Source: a virus (lineage: Duplodnaviria > Heunggongvirae > Uroviricota > Caudoviricetes). From it: 37,804 nt of DNA. This document shows, piece after piece, positions 18,588-28,044 of this stretch. The stretch is taken from the IMG/VR virus record IMGVR_UViG_2565956716_000007. One strand, given 5' to 3'. How positions within the stretch are numbered: position 1 is the first letter of the stretch; the number at the start of each line of letters is the position of its first letter. The notes under the pieces are model-generated. The model searched no databases. It was not told the origin of the DNA and saw nothing but the letters and a program-made list of their open reading frames with translations. The position numbers and the translations under genes were made by a program.

Positions 18588-19646
18588 TTACTCTCCGGTT
18601 TCTGCTGCGGCGGCGCTGAAATCGCCAATCTGGATGTTTTCCACCAGTGCGGCGCAGCGGTAGTCCTCGACCACATAGGCTTCGTTAACGGATTCAAAGT
18701 TTTCAATCCGGTCACGTTTCGGGTTGTCGATAACTGAACGGCGGCGGGTGTCTTCCTGCCAGTAGATGGACAGGTTATCCAGACGGGTGATCAGCAGCGC
18801 ATTCGGCGGGAAGAACGGCGCACGCACGGCCTGCAGGCCTCCCATGCGTTTCTGACTGATGATCATATCGGCAGCCAGTTTTTCACTGTTTTCCTGCTCT
18901 TTGTTGACCAGCGGGAAATACTTGTCAGACAGCAGCTCACGACCGCAAATCACCACCAGATCGTCATCGTCCTGGTAGACCACGTCGATAAGCTCATTGA
19001 CGGCATCCATCACCACGGCGTCCAGGTTGGCATATTCGCCACCTTTTCCGACTTTCACCGCGCCCGGTGTGGTTTCACCGCCCGTGGTGGTGCTGCCCAT
19101 GACGTGATCCGGTGCATCCTCACGGATTTTCTGCAACCAGCCTTTGTTCACATCCTGCAGCAGCGGGTTTTCGCTACGGTTGGAGGTTTTCGCACGCTTC
19201 ACGCCGTTAAAGCCGATCATGATGCGGTCCAGTGCCTGACGTTTCACGATGGCGTCACGGATACGCACCTGGAAATCCTGAAACTTCGCCCACAGGTCCA
19301 GCTTCGCGTAGGTCAGTACCGTGTCAAAGTTGGTCTGCTCGCATTTGTATTCCACATCGACCATCAGCGTAGGATCGACAGGTTCACGCTCTTTCGCGGT
19401 GGTGTCGGTGGTTCCGGCAATGGTGCTACCAACACCCAACCCCAGCAGCTGACCGGACTGCTCAGTCACTGGCGTGACGTTAATCAGCGTCAGGAAAGCG
19501 GCGGACTGCTGGATCTGGTCTTCCAGCGTCTGCTGTACAGACGGCTCCACGGTGAACTTGCTGGACAGTTCTTCAACTGCCACACCGTTCAGACGCGCCA
19601 GCTGCTGCAGGTAAGCGTTAAAAGCAAAGCGGGTATTCTTCTTCAT
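18588..19646 (-). CDS. N: major capsid protein gpN
   Basis: 352-aa ORF, P2 N-like size, after scaffold gene O. Confidence 0.88.
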   Translation of the reverse strand: MKKNTRFAFNAYLQQLARLNGVAVEELSSKFTVEPSVQQTLEDQIQQSAAFLTLINVTPVTEQSGQLLGLGVGSTIAGTTDTTAKEREPVDPTLMVDVEYKCEQTNFDTVLTYAKLDLWAKFQDFQVRIRDAIVKRQALDRIMIGFNGVKRAKTSNRSENPLLQDVNKGWLQKIREDAPDHVMGSTTTGGETTPGAVKVGKGGEYANLDAVVMDAVNELIDVVYQDDDDLVVICGRELLSDKYFPLVNKEQENSEKLAADMIISQKRMGGLQAVRAPFFPPNALLITRLDNLSIYWQEDTRRRSVIDNPKRDRIENFESVNEAYVVEDYRCAALVENIQIGDFSAAAAETGE

Positions 19647-19662
19647 CAGGTTTTGTGCTCCA

Positions 19663-20496
19663 TCAGCAATTGGTCAGAGTGTCAGCGGGGGCGTTACCGC
19701 CTGTTGCACGCTGGCGGTAGTCCTGGCGGCTGTCTTCATGACTCAGCTTATTCACCAGTTCGTTAAAGGCGGTTTGCTGCTCCTGCAGAGCAGTCTCCAG
19801 TTCAGACAGGCGTTCTTCCTGCTCAGACAGGGATTTTTCGGTGCGCGCGCTCAGGTTCTGCTGCTCAGTGGCAACCAGCTCCACGGCCTTATGCACATCA
19901 GAGAACCGGGCGTCATCGGACTGTTCTTTTTTGGTAAACAACGCCGTGACACGGGCAAACAGGGACGGTTTGTCATCCTGGATTTCTTCCAGTTCGATCA
20001 CCGTTTCCTCTGCAGCGGTAAAGAGATTTGCAGGATTCTGCTTGCGGTTTGCCAGCGGGTTATGAGCTGCACTGGCGCTGAATGTCAGCATTTCCGTACC
20101 CAGACTGGCAGGGTCATCAGTGGCCGCCAGGCCGACCAGGTAGGCTTTGCCCGTATCAGCGAACTTCGGGCTGACTTCCATAGAGGTGAATAATTTCTGG
20201 CCTTTTTTCACCAGCTCCACCAGGGATTCCGTTGGCTCAACGTCGGCATACAGCGCCATCTTGCCTGCCAGCGGACCTTCCGTGATTTCTTCGGCAAACA
20301 GCGCCGTCACCTTGCCGTAACGGTTAAAGGTGCTGTCCGGCAGATAAGACTTGATGTGCTCAAGGTTAATCAGCGCGGTATACACCGCCGGGTTGTAGCT
20401 GGCTGCCATCTGTTCCAGCCATTCACGCTGGATTTCGCGTCCGTCGGTGGTGGCACCTTCCACCCCGATGCGAAAACGCTTTGCTTTCACTGTCAT
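19663..20496 (-). CDS. O: capsid scaffolding protein gpO
   Basis: 277-aa ORF with acidic, coiled-coil C-terminal half; divergent from P. Confidence 0.85.
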   Translation of the reverse strand: MTVKAKRFRIGVEGATTDGREIQREWLEQMAASYNPAVYTALINLEHIKSYLPDSTFNRYGKVTALFAEEITEGPLAGKMALYADVEPTESLVELVKKGQKLFTSMEVSPKFADTGKAYLVGLAATDDPASLGTEMLTFSASAAHNPLANRKQNPANLFTAAEETVIELEEIQDDKPSLFARVTALFTKKEQSDDARFSDVHKAVELVATEQQNLSARTEKSLSEQEERLSELETALQEQQTAFNELVNKLSHEDSRQDYRQRATGGNAPADTLTNC

Positions 20497-20574
20497 GAGC
20501 CGTGCTCCGTTAGAAAAAACTTACTGGAGCCTTATGGTTGCGGTGATGGGGGCAGTGAAACAATGCGCGGTATT

Positions 20575-20592
20575 TGTACCGACAACCACACA
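20575..20592. promoter_or_regulatory. candidate late promoter element in the divergent O/P intergenic region
   Basis: TGTaccgacaaccacACA (TGT-N12-ACA), about 87 bp from the O start and 55 bp from the P start. Confidence 0.45.
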
Positions 20593-20638
20593 AACCGCAG
20601 GCGGGGAAAGCCTTCATTCAAGGCTGTAGGTTTGTGCC

Positions 20639-22405
20639 ATGAACACCACACTGACACCCGCAGATCTCGATCCCCGTAGGCAGGCCATGCTGCTGTACTT
20701 TCAGGGATACCGCGTAGCCCGCATTGCTGAAATGCTGGGCGAGAAAGTTGCAACCGTTCACAGCTGGAAAAAACGCGACAAGTGGGGTGACTATGGGCCG
20801 CTGGATCAGATGCAGCTCACCACCGCCGCACGCTACTGCCAGCTCATCATGAAGGAGCACAAAGAAGGGAAAGATTTCAAAGAGATTGACCTGCTGGCGC
20901 GCCAGTCGGAACGCCACGCGCGGATCGGCAAGTTTAACAATGGCGGCAACGAAGCCGACTTAAACCCTAACGTCGCCAACCGTAACAAAGGCCCGCGCCG
21001 TCAGCCGGAAAAGAATGTTTTCACCGATGAGCAGATTGAGAAGCTGGAAGAAATCTTCCATTCCTCCATGTTCAACTACCAGCACCACTGGTGGGAAGCT
21101 GGAAAAACCAACCGCATCCGCAACCTGCTGAAGTCACGCCAGATCGGCGCGACTTTTTACTTTGCCCGTGAAGCCCTGATTGACGCCCTACTGACAGGAC
21201 GCAACCAGATTTTCCTTTCTGCCAGTAAGGCACAGGCTCACGTCTTTAAGCAGTACATCATCGACTTCGCCAAAGAAGTCGAGGTGGAGCTGAAAGGCGA
21301 TCCGATGGTGCTTCCTAACGGGGCCACGCTTTACTTCCTCGGCACCAATGCCCGCACGGCCCAGAGTTACCACGGCAACCTGTATCTGGATGAATATTTC
21401 TGGATACCGAAATTCCAGGAGCTGCGCAAAGTGGCTTCCGGTATGGCTATTCACAAAAAATGGCGACAAACCTATTTTTCCACGCCATCCAGCCTGACAC
21501 ACAGTGCTTATCCGTTCTGGTCCGGTGCGCTGTTTAACCGTGGGCGCAACAAAGCCGATAAGGTGGACATCGACCTGTCCCACAACAATCTGGCCCCCGG
21601 CCTACTGTGCGCAGACGGGCAATACCGCCAGATAGTCACCGTGGAAGATGCGGTGCGCGGCGGCTGTAACCTGTTCGACCTCGACCAGCTACGCATGGAG
21701 TACAGCCCGGACGAATATCAGAACCTGCTCATGTGCGAGTTCGTGGACGATCTCGCGTCCGTGTTCCCGCTCAGCGAACTGCAGGCGTGCATGGTGGACA
21801 GTTGGGAAGTCTGGACCGACTTTCATGCACTGGCCCTGCGCCCGTTTGGCTGGCGCGAGGTGTGGATCGGTTATGACCCGGCAAAAGGTACGCAGAATGG
21901 CGACAGCGCCGGATGCGTGGTGGTGGCACCGCCAGCCGTGCCAGGCGGTAAGTTTCGCATTCTTGAGCGTCACCAGTGGCGCGGGATGGACTTCCGCGCC
22001 CAGGCTGATGCAATCAAAAAACTGACCGAGCAGTACAACGTGACCTATATCGGCATCGACTCGACAGGCGTCGGTCACGGGGTTTATGAGAACGTGAAAG
22101 CGTTCTTTCCTGCCGTCCGGGAGTTTGTCTACAACCCCAACGTTAAAAACGCCCTGGTACTCAAGGCCTACGACATTATCAGCCACCGCCGTCTGGAGTT
22201 TGACGCCGGGCACACCGACATTGCGCAGTCATTCATGGCAATCCGTCGCGCCACCACCGCCAGCGGCAACCGCCCGACCTATGAAGCTAGCCGCAGCGAA
22301 GAAGCCAGCCACGCCGATCTGGCCTGGGCAACAATGCACGCACTGTTTAACGAACCGCTGCAGGGCGAGTCCGCCAATACCAGCAATATTGTGGAGATTT
22401 TTTGA
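20639..22405 (+). CDS. P: terminase large (ATPase) subunit gpP
   Basis: 588-aa ORF, P2 P-like size, divergent from O; recognised as the large terminase by size and position, nuclease-domain motifs not verified. Confidence 0.9.
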   Translation: MNTTLTPADLDPRRQAMLLYFQGYRVARIAEMLGEKVATVHSWKKRDKWGDYGPLDQMQLTTAARYCQLIMKEHKEGKDFKEIDLLARQSERHARIGKFNNGGNEADLNPNVANRNKGPRRQPEKNVFTDEQIEKLEEIFHSSMFNYQHHWWEAGKTNRIRNLLKSRQIGATFYFAREALIDALLTGRNQIFLSASKAQAHVFKQYIIDFAKEVEVELKGDPMVLPNGATLYFLGTNARTAQSYHGNLYLDEYFWIPKFQELRKVASGMAIHKKWRQTYFSTPSSLTHSAYPFWSGALFNRGRNKADKVDIDLSHNNLAPGLLCADGQYRQIVTVEDAVRGGCNLFDLDQLRMEYSPDEYQNLLMCEFVDDLASVFPLSELQACMVDSWEVWTDFHALALRPFGWREVWIGYDPAKGTQNGDSAGCVVVAPPAVPGGKFRILERHQWRGMDFRAQADAIKKLTEQYNVTYIGIDSTGVGHGVYENVKAFFPAVREFVYNPNVKNALVLKAYDIISHRRLEFDAGHTDIAQSFMAIRRATTASGNRPTYEASRSEEASHADLAWATMHALFNEPLQGESANTSNIVEIF

Positions 22406-23445
22406 TGGGAAAGAGTAAGAAAAACCGCGCTGCGGCGACGAAACGGAGCCAGCATAAAAATCAAACTTCAGCCGAAGCTTTCAGCTTTGGTGATCCCATT
22501 CCTGTACTGGACCGCCGCGAACTGCTGGACTATGTGGAATGCGTACAGACGGATCGCTGGTATGAGCCACCCGTAAGTTTTGACGGACTGGCGCGCACCT
22601 TCCGGGCTGCCGTGCATCACAGTTCCCCGATTGCAGTAAAGTGCAACATTCTGACCAGTACCTATATCCCTCATCCGCTGCTCAGCCAACAGGCTTTTTC
22701 GCGTTTTGTGCAGGACTATCTGGTATTTGGTAACGCCTACCTGGAGAAACGCACGAACCGATTCGGTGAAGTTATCGCCCTTGAGCCTGCGCTGGCAAAA
22801 TACACCCGACGAGGGTTAGACCTGGAGACCTACTGGTTTGTGCAATACGGCATGACTACGCAGCCGTATCAGTTCACGAAAGGCAGCATTTTTCATCTGA
22901 TGGAACCGGACATCAACCAGGAGATCTACGGCCTGCCCGGTTATCTTTCTGCCATTCCGTCAGCCCTGCTCAACGAGTCCGCCACGCTGTTCCGCCGTAA
23001 GTATTACATCAACGGCAGCCATGCAGGCTTCATCATGTACATGACCGATGCCGCGCAGAACCAGGAGGATGTGAACAACCTCCGCAATGCGATGAAAAGC
23101 GCCAAAGGCCCTGGCAACTTCCGCAACCTGTTTATGTACTCGCCTAACGGCAAAAAGGACGGGCTTCAGATTATTCCTCTGTCAGAAGTCGCGGCAAAGG
23201 ATGAATTTTTGAATATCAAGAACGTGAGCCGGGATGACATGATGGCAGCGCATCGTGTTCCGCCACAGATGATGGGGATTATGCCGAATAATGTCGGGGG
23301 GTTTGGGGATGTGGAGAAGGCCAGCCGCGTTTTTGTTCGAAATGAACTGATCCCCCTACAGAAGCGTTTTGAGGAACTGAATAGCTGGGCCAATGAACAA
23401 GTAATTCGTTTTGATTCTTATGCATTTGAACCCAACATAACTTAA
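22402..23445 (+). CDS. Q: portal protein gpQ
   Basis: 347-aa ORF coupled to P by 4-nt overlap; P2 Q-like size. Confidence 0.9.
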   Translation: MMGKSKKNRAAATKRSQHKNQTSAEAFSFGDPIPVLDRRELLDYVECVQTDRWYEPPVSFDGLARTFRAAVHHSSPIAVKCNILTSTYIPHPLLSQQAFSRFVQDYLVFGNAYLEKRTNRFGEVIALEPALAKYTRRGLDLETYWFVQYGMTTQPYQFTKGSIFHLMEPDINQEIYGLPGYLSAIPSALLNESATLFRRKYYINGSHAGFIMYMTDAAQNQEDVNNLRNAMKSAKGPGNFRNLFMYSPNGKKDGLQIIPLSEVAAKDEFLNIKNVSRDDMMAAHRVPPQMMGIMPNNVGGFGDVEKASRVFVRNELIPLQKRFEELNSWANEQVIRFDSYAFEPNIT

Positions 23446-23466
23446 TGATTTTTTTGAACAAACAAA

Positions 23467-23489
23467 ACCCGCGTTGGCGAATCGCGGGT
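23467..23489 (-). terminator. hairpin terminator between Q and the 413-aa cargo gene
   Basis: ACCCGCG-ttggcgaa-TCGCGGGT with a T-rich run on the minus-strand side. Confidence 0.4.
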
Positions 23490-23496
23490 CATTTGT

Positions 23497-24738
23497 CTAT
23501 AAATCTTCTTGTGTAGGAAGTGTCGAGATATCACCTCCATAATTTATTTCAATCTCTGGAAATCGTTCTCGCCACTGTTCAAAAGTTTTTGGAATAGTTT
23601 TTTTCCATTTATGTACATTTGTGAAATAACGAATTTCACCATCATTGAGATAAATAGCCCATATCTCGCCATCTCTACCAAACATCACCATACCTTCCGC
23701 AATGGTATAAAGTCCTCTAACTCCTCCCTGATAAGCCTTTGCGACAAAAGTATCAAGATTATCGTGCTCACCTATTTGCTCCATCACTTTTTTCAGTTCA
23801 AAGTAATATTGCCCCATAACGTTGTATAATCTCTGAAGTTCCATTTCATTTGCAAAACCAAATAAAAACAAATGATCCTCTGCACAACGAAACTCACCAT
23901 CAAAAAAGGCCCCCATACCTCGCCAGTATTGACAACTAACGGTCTCACTTATCCTAATATATCGTTTACCATCAAATATGCTGCGCCTAAAACTCAACTC
24001 GCCAAATTCATTACTTCCAGGTATTTTTATTCTAGCGTAAGCTGAATCTCTAGCTACAAAAACCGCCTCTCCTGTAATACTCCCAGAATGTGATCCATTC
24101 ATAACTACTAAATCAAAAAGAAAACCATTTGACGATGTTTCACGAATAAATAATTTGCCAAAATTACTTCTGCGATTGTCCTTGTACCACTCCCCCCACC
24201 ATATTGGTGCATTTAAACCTGAAGAAATAGCTCCTTGGCTTGAATCACTCAAGGACTCCCTTAATGCAGTTTCAAGTCGCCCTTGCAGTAAGCTTCTTAC
24301 CTCAGGTTTTGAATCACTATCAGGGTCCATAGTATATGCAATTACCCTCCGTCCTCTTAAGTCAAAAGGAAGTTCTTCTGGAGAACCATAAAATGTATTC
24401 TGGACCATGATTACTCTATCCCAGCCTAGCTGGGATACTGCATATCCTAATTCAATCAAAACATTTGGATTAGGTGTCTTCTTATCCTCAGACCTTCCAT
24501 TTATGATAGAAACATCGGCAACAAAAACATCTGAAAGTGATATTTTATTAAAAATGCTTTCGCTAATTGATGGTGAGCCATTTAAACCATTAGTATCACG
24601 ATCCAAGACTGGCTCCAATGTTTCTGTTTCATCCTTTTTTATTGCTTTTAGAGATCTAACCAAAGCATCTTGAATTAAATTTCTATTACATTTTCCATTT
24701 AAATCAGATTGCCAAGAGTAAAAAACTATTCTTTGCAT
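23497..24738 (-). CDS. hypothetical protein, N-terminal TIR-like domain with uncharacterised C-terminal domain (candidate defence cargo)
   Basis: 413-aa ORF with GAGGAG RBS 8 nt upstream; N-terminus RIVFYSWQSD...DVFVADVS...NPNVLIELGYA...LPFDLRGRRVIAY fits the TIR-like pattern; AT-rich relative to flanking genes. Confidence 0.7.
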   Translation of the reverse strand: MQRIVFYSWQSDLNGKCNRNLIQDALVRSLKAIKKDETETLEPVLDRDTNGLNGSPSISESIFNKISLSDVFVADVSIINGRSEDKKTPNPNVLIELGYAVSQLGWDRVIMVQNTFYGSPEELPFDLRGRRVIAYTMDPDSDSKPEVRSLLQGRLETALRESLSDSSQGAISSGLNAPIWWGEWYKDNRRSNFGKLFIRETSSNGFLFDLVVMNGSHSGSITGEAVFVARDSAYARIKIPGSNEFGELSFRRSIFDGKRYIRISETVSCQYWRGMGAFFDGEFRCAEDHLFLFGFANEMELQRLYNVMGQYYFELKKVMEQIGEHDNLDTFVAKAYQGGVRGLYTIAEGMVMFGRDGEIWAIYLNDGEIRYFTNVHKWKKTIPKTFEQWRERFPEIEINYGGDISTLPTQEDL

Positions 24739-24820
24739 TTGCCATTCTCCTCATCCTTTTATTGCCAGATTATCTAAAAACATAGTCGAAGTGAATTCTT
24801 ATCGAACCGTATTGCGCGCA

Positions 24821-24839
24821 CTCGTATCCCCGCCACGCC
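24821..24839 (-). other. putative cos (cohesive end) site
   Basis: Minus-strand GGCGTGGCGGGGATACGAG shares its first 13 nt with the P2/186 cohesive-end sequence as I recall it; position between Q and the early region fits. Confidence 0.3.
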
Positions 24840-24888
24840 TGCCCGCTTTATGTAGTGGTTTTCATGCACCTGCATGATCTACGCAAAA

Positions 24889-24909
24889 GCCCGCCAGTTC
24901 TGGCGGGCC
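24889..24909 (-). terminator. hairpin downstream of the DinI-like gene
   Basis: GCCCGCCAG-ttc-CTGGCGGGC perfect 9-bp stem. Confidence 0.35.
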
Positions 24910-25043
24910 TTAGCAAAAACGATCCTCAAACGATCATGCGATCTCATGCGGCATAGACATGCACTACAGAGCTAACGCCTCGCAAGGGCTCGTTGTTCAA
25001 CCTTGCTGACGCCAGAAGCAAGTTCAGACGCCAGCAACGTTTC

Positions 25044-25277
25044 CTAATGCAGCCAGCTGTCGTCTTCCCACACCTTCTGCATAATTTTCATCACTTGTTT
25101 TCTTTCTTCGTCCAGTTGCAGTCCGGTTAGTTCCACACCGTTAGAGCTACCTTTGCGAATGCGAATTACCGTTTTGGGATACAGGGGGCGCAGATTGCGG
25201 TAAAGCTCGGATTCAAGGGCGTCCAGGGTAGACTGGCTAATCTTCTGCTCTTTATCGATCATTATTTCAATGCGCAT
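25044..25277 (-). CDS. DinI-like protein (SOS-module component)
   Basis: MRIEIMIDKEQKISQSTLDALESELYRNL...KVWEDDSW follows the DinI pattern; GAGGTGA RBS upstream. Confidence 0.7.
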   Translation of the reverse strand: MRIEIMIDKEQKISQSTLDALESELYRNLRPLYPKTVIRIRKGSSNGVELTGLQLDEERKQVMKIMQKVWEDDSWLH

Positions 25278-25287
25278 AAAAGTCACC

Positions 25288-25476
25288 TCAGCTGATGACA
25301 TCCATTGAGCGGTTGTATTCGTGGGTTCTGATTTTTGCCATGAGTTCATCAGTCAATTCAGAAACCCACTGCAGAGCCAGCCCCTTCTCTTCATCACTAC
25401 ACTCACTAGCCGCTACAAGCTTAAGAAAAAAATCAATGCGCTGGAGCTTCAAAGACTCCAAAAAATAGTCCTGCAT
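25288..25476 (-). CDS. small protein, first gene of the LexA-boxed operon (tum-like N-terminal part?)
   Basis: 62 aa from MQDYFLESL with GGAGG RBS; ends 11 nt before the DinI-like start in another frame. Confidence 0.45.
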   Translation of the reverse strand: MQDYFLESLKLQRIDFFLKLVAASECSDEEKGLALQWVSELTDELMAKIRTHEYNRSMDVIS

Positions 25477-25518
25477 CTTTCCTCCTATGACACCACACGC
25501 AATACTGTATGTATAACC

Positions 25519-25537
25519 ACTGTTTATATTTACAGTA
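25519..25537 (-). promoter_or_regulatory. LexA (SOS) box
   Basis: ACTGTTTATATTTACAGTA matches CTGT-N8-ACAG; an overlapping weaker box is at 25503..25522; about 45 bp upstream of the ATG at 25476. Confidence 0.6.
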
Positions 25538-25629
25538 TATAATAATCTTACTGATGTAAAACGTTTTTTTACGTTCATCAGCCTGATATGCCTGGTATTA
25601 TTAAGAGCACGAATTGTTAACCCGCGTAA

Positions 25630-28044
25630 TTAATACAGGTTCCGCCACTGATCATCTTCCTGCAAACGCTGGTTCCGATAGAAGATACGCAGGCCTGCTC
25701 CTGACGGAATACTGCCTCCGCGAAGGAGTAAATCGACCTCTTTCTCGCTGCCATCAAATCCTCTGGACTTCAGCTCATACACGAGCTGCAGTCGCTGATG
25801 GTCTGTAATTCGCTGTTTGTAGTCTTTACGCCGTTTCGGTTTCACCAGGCGTAACCTTGCTGCCAGTTCCCGGCGCTCTTTTTTGCTCATACTGTGCAGG
25901 TAATCGTGCAACTCCTTGTCATCCATGCTGGTAATGTCCGTTCTGGGGTCCCCATCAGCTGATTTATCTTTCTCCTGTTGGTTCAAATTTTCAGCAAGGG
26001 GACAGTTATTGCCACGAGTCCAAGGGGCGCAAGCGCCCTGGTCGGCTGCCGCCTCCTGAACGTCAACGGCCTTACGAACCATTTTCCACTTCACGGCATG
26101 AGTGCAGATCTTGCCCTCTGCAATAGGTGACCAGATGCCATAAATACGAATGCCGTGATCGCCATAGGCGGTCGGCTCTTCGTTGATTTCATACGCAGTT
26201 CTGATGAGGTGATATTTACGGGGAACCAGTACGCCGCCCTGCTTCATGATGTAGGTGGCAAAACAACCAGCATCAGCAGCAGCCAGGATTGCATCAAGGC
26301 GCGGGTTATCCAGTACCGGCGCACCTGCTTTTTTGTCACCCTGTTGCCTTGCCGCCTGACCAGCCAGCAATCGCAGTTCACGGTAAGCCTGACGCCCCGG
26401 AATGCCAAAGAAGCGGAATTGCTGAACACGATGCAGAGACGCCCAGGCATTCACGTATTCAGCGTTATCACGCAGGGATTTACCCGTTTCCTTGCTGATC
26501 TCGCCAGCCAGACCACGCCCGTCAATGTTCTTACTGATATATTTCGCGATGTAGCTTGTCGGCGTTCCTTTGCGCGGGTTAATCAACTCAGACTTAAAGC
26601 GCGGCCCCGTGTTATTGCCCAGCTCCTCGCGGTCTTCACGGATGGCAAACTTACGCAGTAATGCAGTGATGGCGCGGCGGTCTTTTTTGCGCATAAAACA
26701 CAACAGGTGCCAGTGAACTGTACCGTCATGATGCGGCTCAGCCACCCGTACGCCATACCAGCGCAATCCGGCTTTGTGCATCGCCTTACGAAATGCAGCA
26801 AACATGCCGACCAAATAATCACTGCTTTGTCTTACCGTCGCATTTGTCCAGTTCGGGTTGGGCCTGCCGTTATTTAGCGTGGAATGGAAACGTGACGGAC
26901 AGGTGATGGTGTAGAAAACGGCGCAGTCACCGCGCATTTCCGCGATAAGTTCCAGACCTTTAACACAGGCCATCATCTCATTGCGGCGATGCGCAGGGTT
27001 GCTGCTGCTGGCGTTTACCACATCCTCCATGTCCAGCGTGTCGCCGTCTTCGTTCACCAGTTCATGAGAACGGAAAAACTCCAGCGACTTACGGCGCTGC
27101 TCACGTTTATGCATCACGGCTTCATAGCTGACATAAGGAGATGCTTTTTTGCTGACCAGGCAGACAGCGCGCAACTGCTCTTCCCGCCATTCGCAACGCA
27201 TCTTCCATAATTTCCGATACCACCAGTCGGCGCACAGCATACGCGCCAGCGAACCCGGAATGAGTTCATAGGGCACAGGTTTGCGGCGGTTTCTTTTCCG
27301 GCGGAGTTGCTCAAACGCAGGCGGTATGACATCCAGTCGCAGGGTTTCTGCTGCCACCTTTTCCCATGTCTTGCGGATTTCTTCCGGCTTAACATCATCG
27401 GAGGCGTACAAATCACCACAAGCGGCATCAAGACACATGCTCATATGCGCAGCGACAAGGGTGGACAGGCGTTTCACCTGATCCTGACTCATTTCAGGCA
27501 GGATCAGCAGACCGTCCAGCCCTTCATGGCTTGCCATAAAACGAAAAGATGCAGATAGCTGGCTGTCGCGTACATGCTCCAGTCGTTCCAGGCATGGCTT
27601 AATCGTCTCACGCAAATAGCGGGAATAAGCCTTTGGCCTGCCCAGGTTGCTGAAGTATTTAATACGTTGCATCAGCGGCTTGCTGATATGGGAAGGCTGG
27701 GCGTTGACATCCGCCAGAATGACCATGTCTGGATTAAAACGCTGCTGCTCATGCGCCAGCTTTGCCCGGCTAATTAGCTTATCCTGCTCCATTTCGCGCT
27801 GGACAGGATCACGGGATTCATTAAAGAAATAACGCTCCCAGACCTGATCACTCAGTGCCTCGCGGCGCAGTTGTTCCTGCTCGTTATCGGCAGCGTACAG
27901 AGTGATCAGGTTTGAAAGCGCAGAAACCGGCGCAACTTCCGCCGGGTCCAGATAAGGGTTAATGGCCTTTTTCGGGCTGTTCCATGAGAATGCTGCGGCA
28001 GCCTCGTTAAAGCCGCAGCAGTTGTTCATATCGGCATGACTCAT
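25630..28044 (-). CDS. A: replication initiation protein gpA (rolling-circle endonuclease)
   Basis: 804-aa ORF, the largest early gene, at the P2/186 A position; start overlaps the dam stop. Confidence 0.85.
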   Translation of the reverse strand: MSHADMNNCCGFNEAAAAFSWNSPKKAINPYLDPAEVAPVSALSNLITLYAADNEQEQLRREALSDQVWERYFFNESRDPVQREMEQDKLISRAKLAHEQQRFNPDMVILADVNAQPSHISKPLMQRIKYFSNLGRPKAYSRYLRETIKPCLERLEHVRDSQLSASFRFMASHEGLDGLLILPEMSQDQVKRLSTLVAAHMSMCLDAACGDLYASDDVKPEEIRKTWEKVAAETLRLDVIPPAFEQLRRKRNRRKPVPYELIPGSLARMLCADWWYRKLWKMRCEWREEQLRAVCLVSKKASPYVSYEAVMHKREQRRKSLEFFRSHELVNEDGDTLDMEDVVNASSSNPAHRRNEMMACVKGLELIAEMRGDCAVFYTITCPSRFHSTLNNGRPNPNWTNATVRQSSDYLVGMFAAFRKAMHKAGLRWYGVRVAEPHHDGTVHWHLLCFMRKKDRRAITALLRKFAIREDREELGNNTGPRFKSELINPRKGTPTSYIAKYISKNIDGRGLAGEISKETGKSLRDNAEYVNAWASLHRVQQFRFFGIPGRQAYRELRLLAGQAARQQGDKKAGAPVLDNPRLDAILAAADAGCFATYIMKQGGVLVPRKYHLIRTAYEINEEPTAYGDHGIRIYGIWSPIAEGKICTHAVKWKMVRKAVDVQEAAADQGACAPWTRGNNCPLAENLNQQEKDKSADGDPRTDITSMDDKELHDYLHSMSKKERRELAARLRLVKPKRRKDYKQRITDHQRLQLVYELKSRGFDGSEKEVDLLLRGGSIPSGAGLRIFYRNQRLQEDDQWRNLY

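Noticed and set aside
20599-20611. AGGCGGGGAAAGC as the cos site
   Set aside because: Matches part of the P2 cohesive end as recalled, but lies in the O/P divergent promoter region rather than between Q and the early genes; context favours the 24821..24839 candidate. Neither is verified.
21689-22213. 174-aa minus-strand ORF inside terminase gene P
   Set aside because: Nested antisense ORF within a strongly supported large gene.
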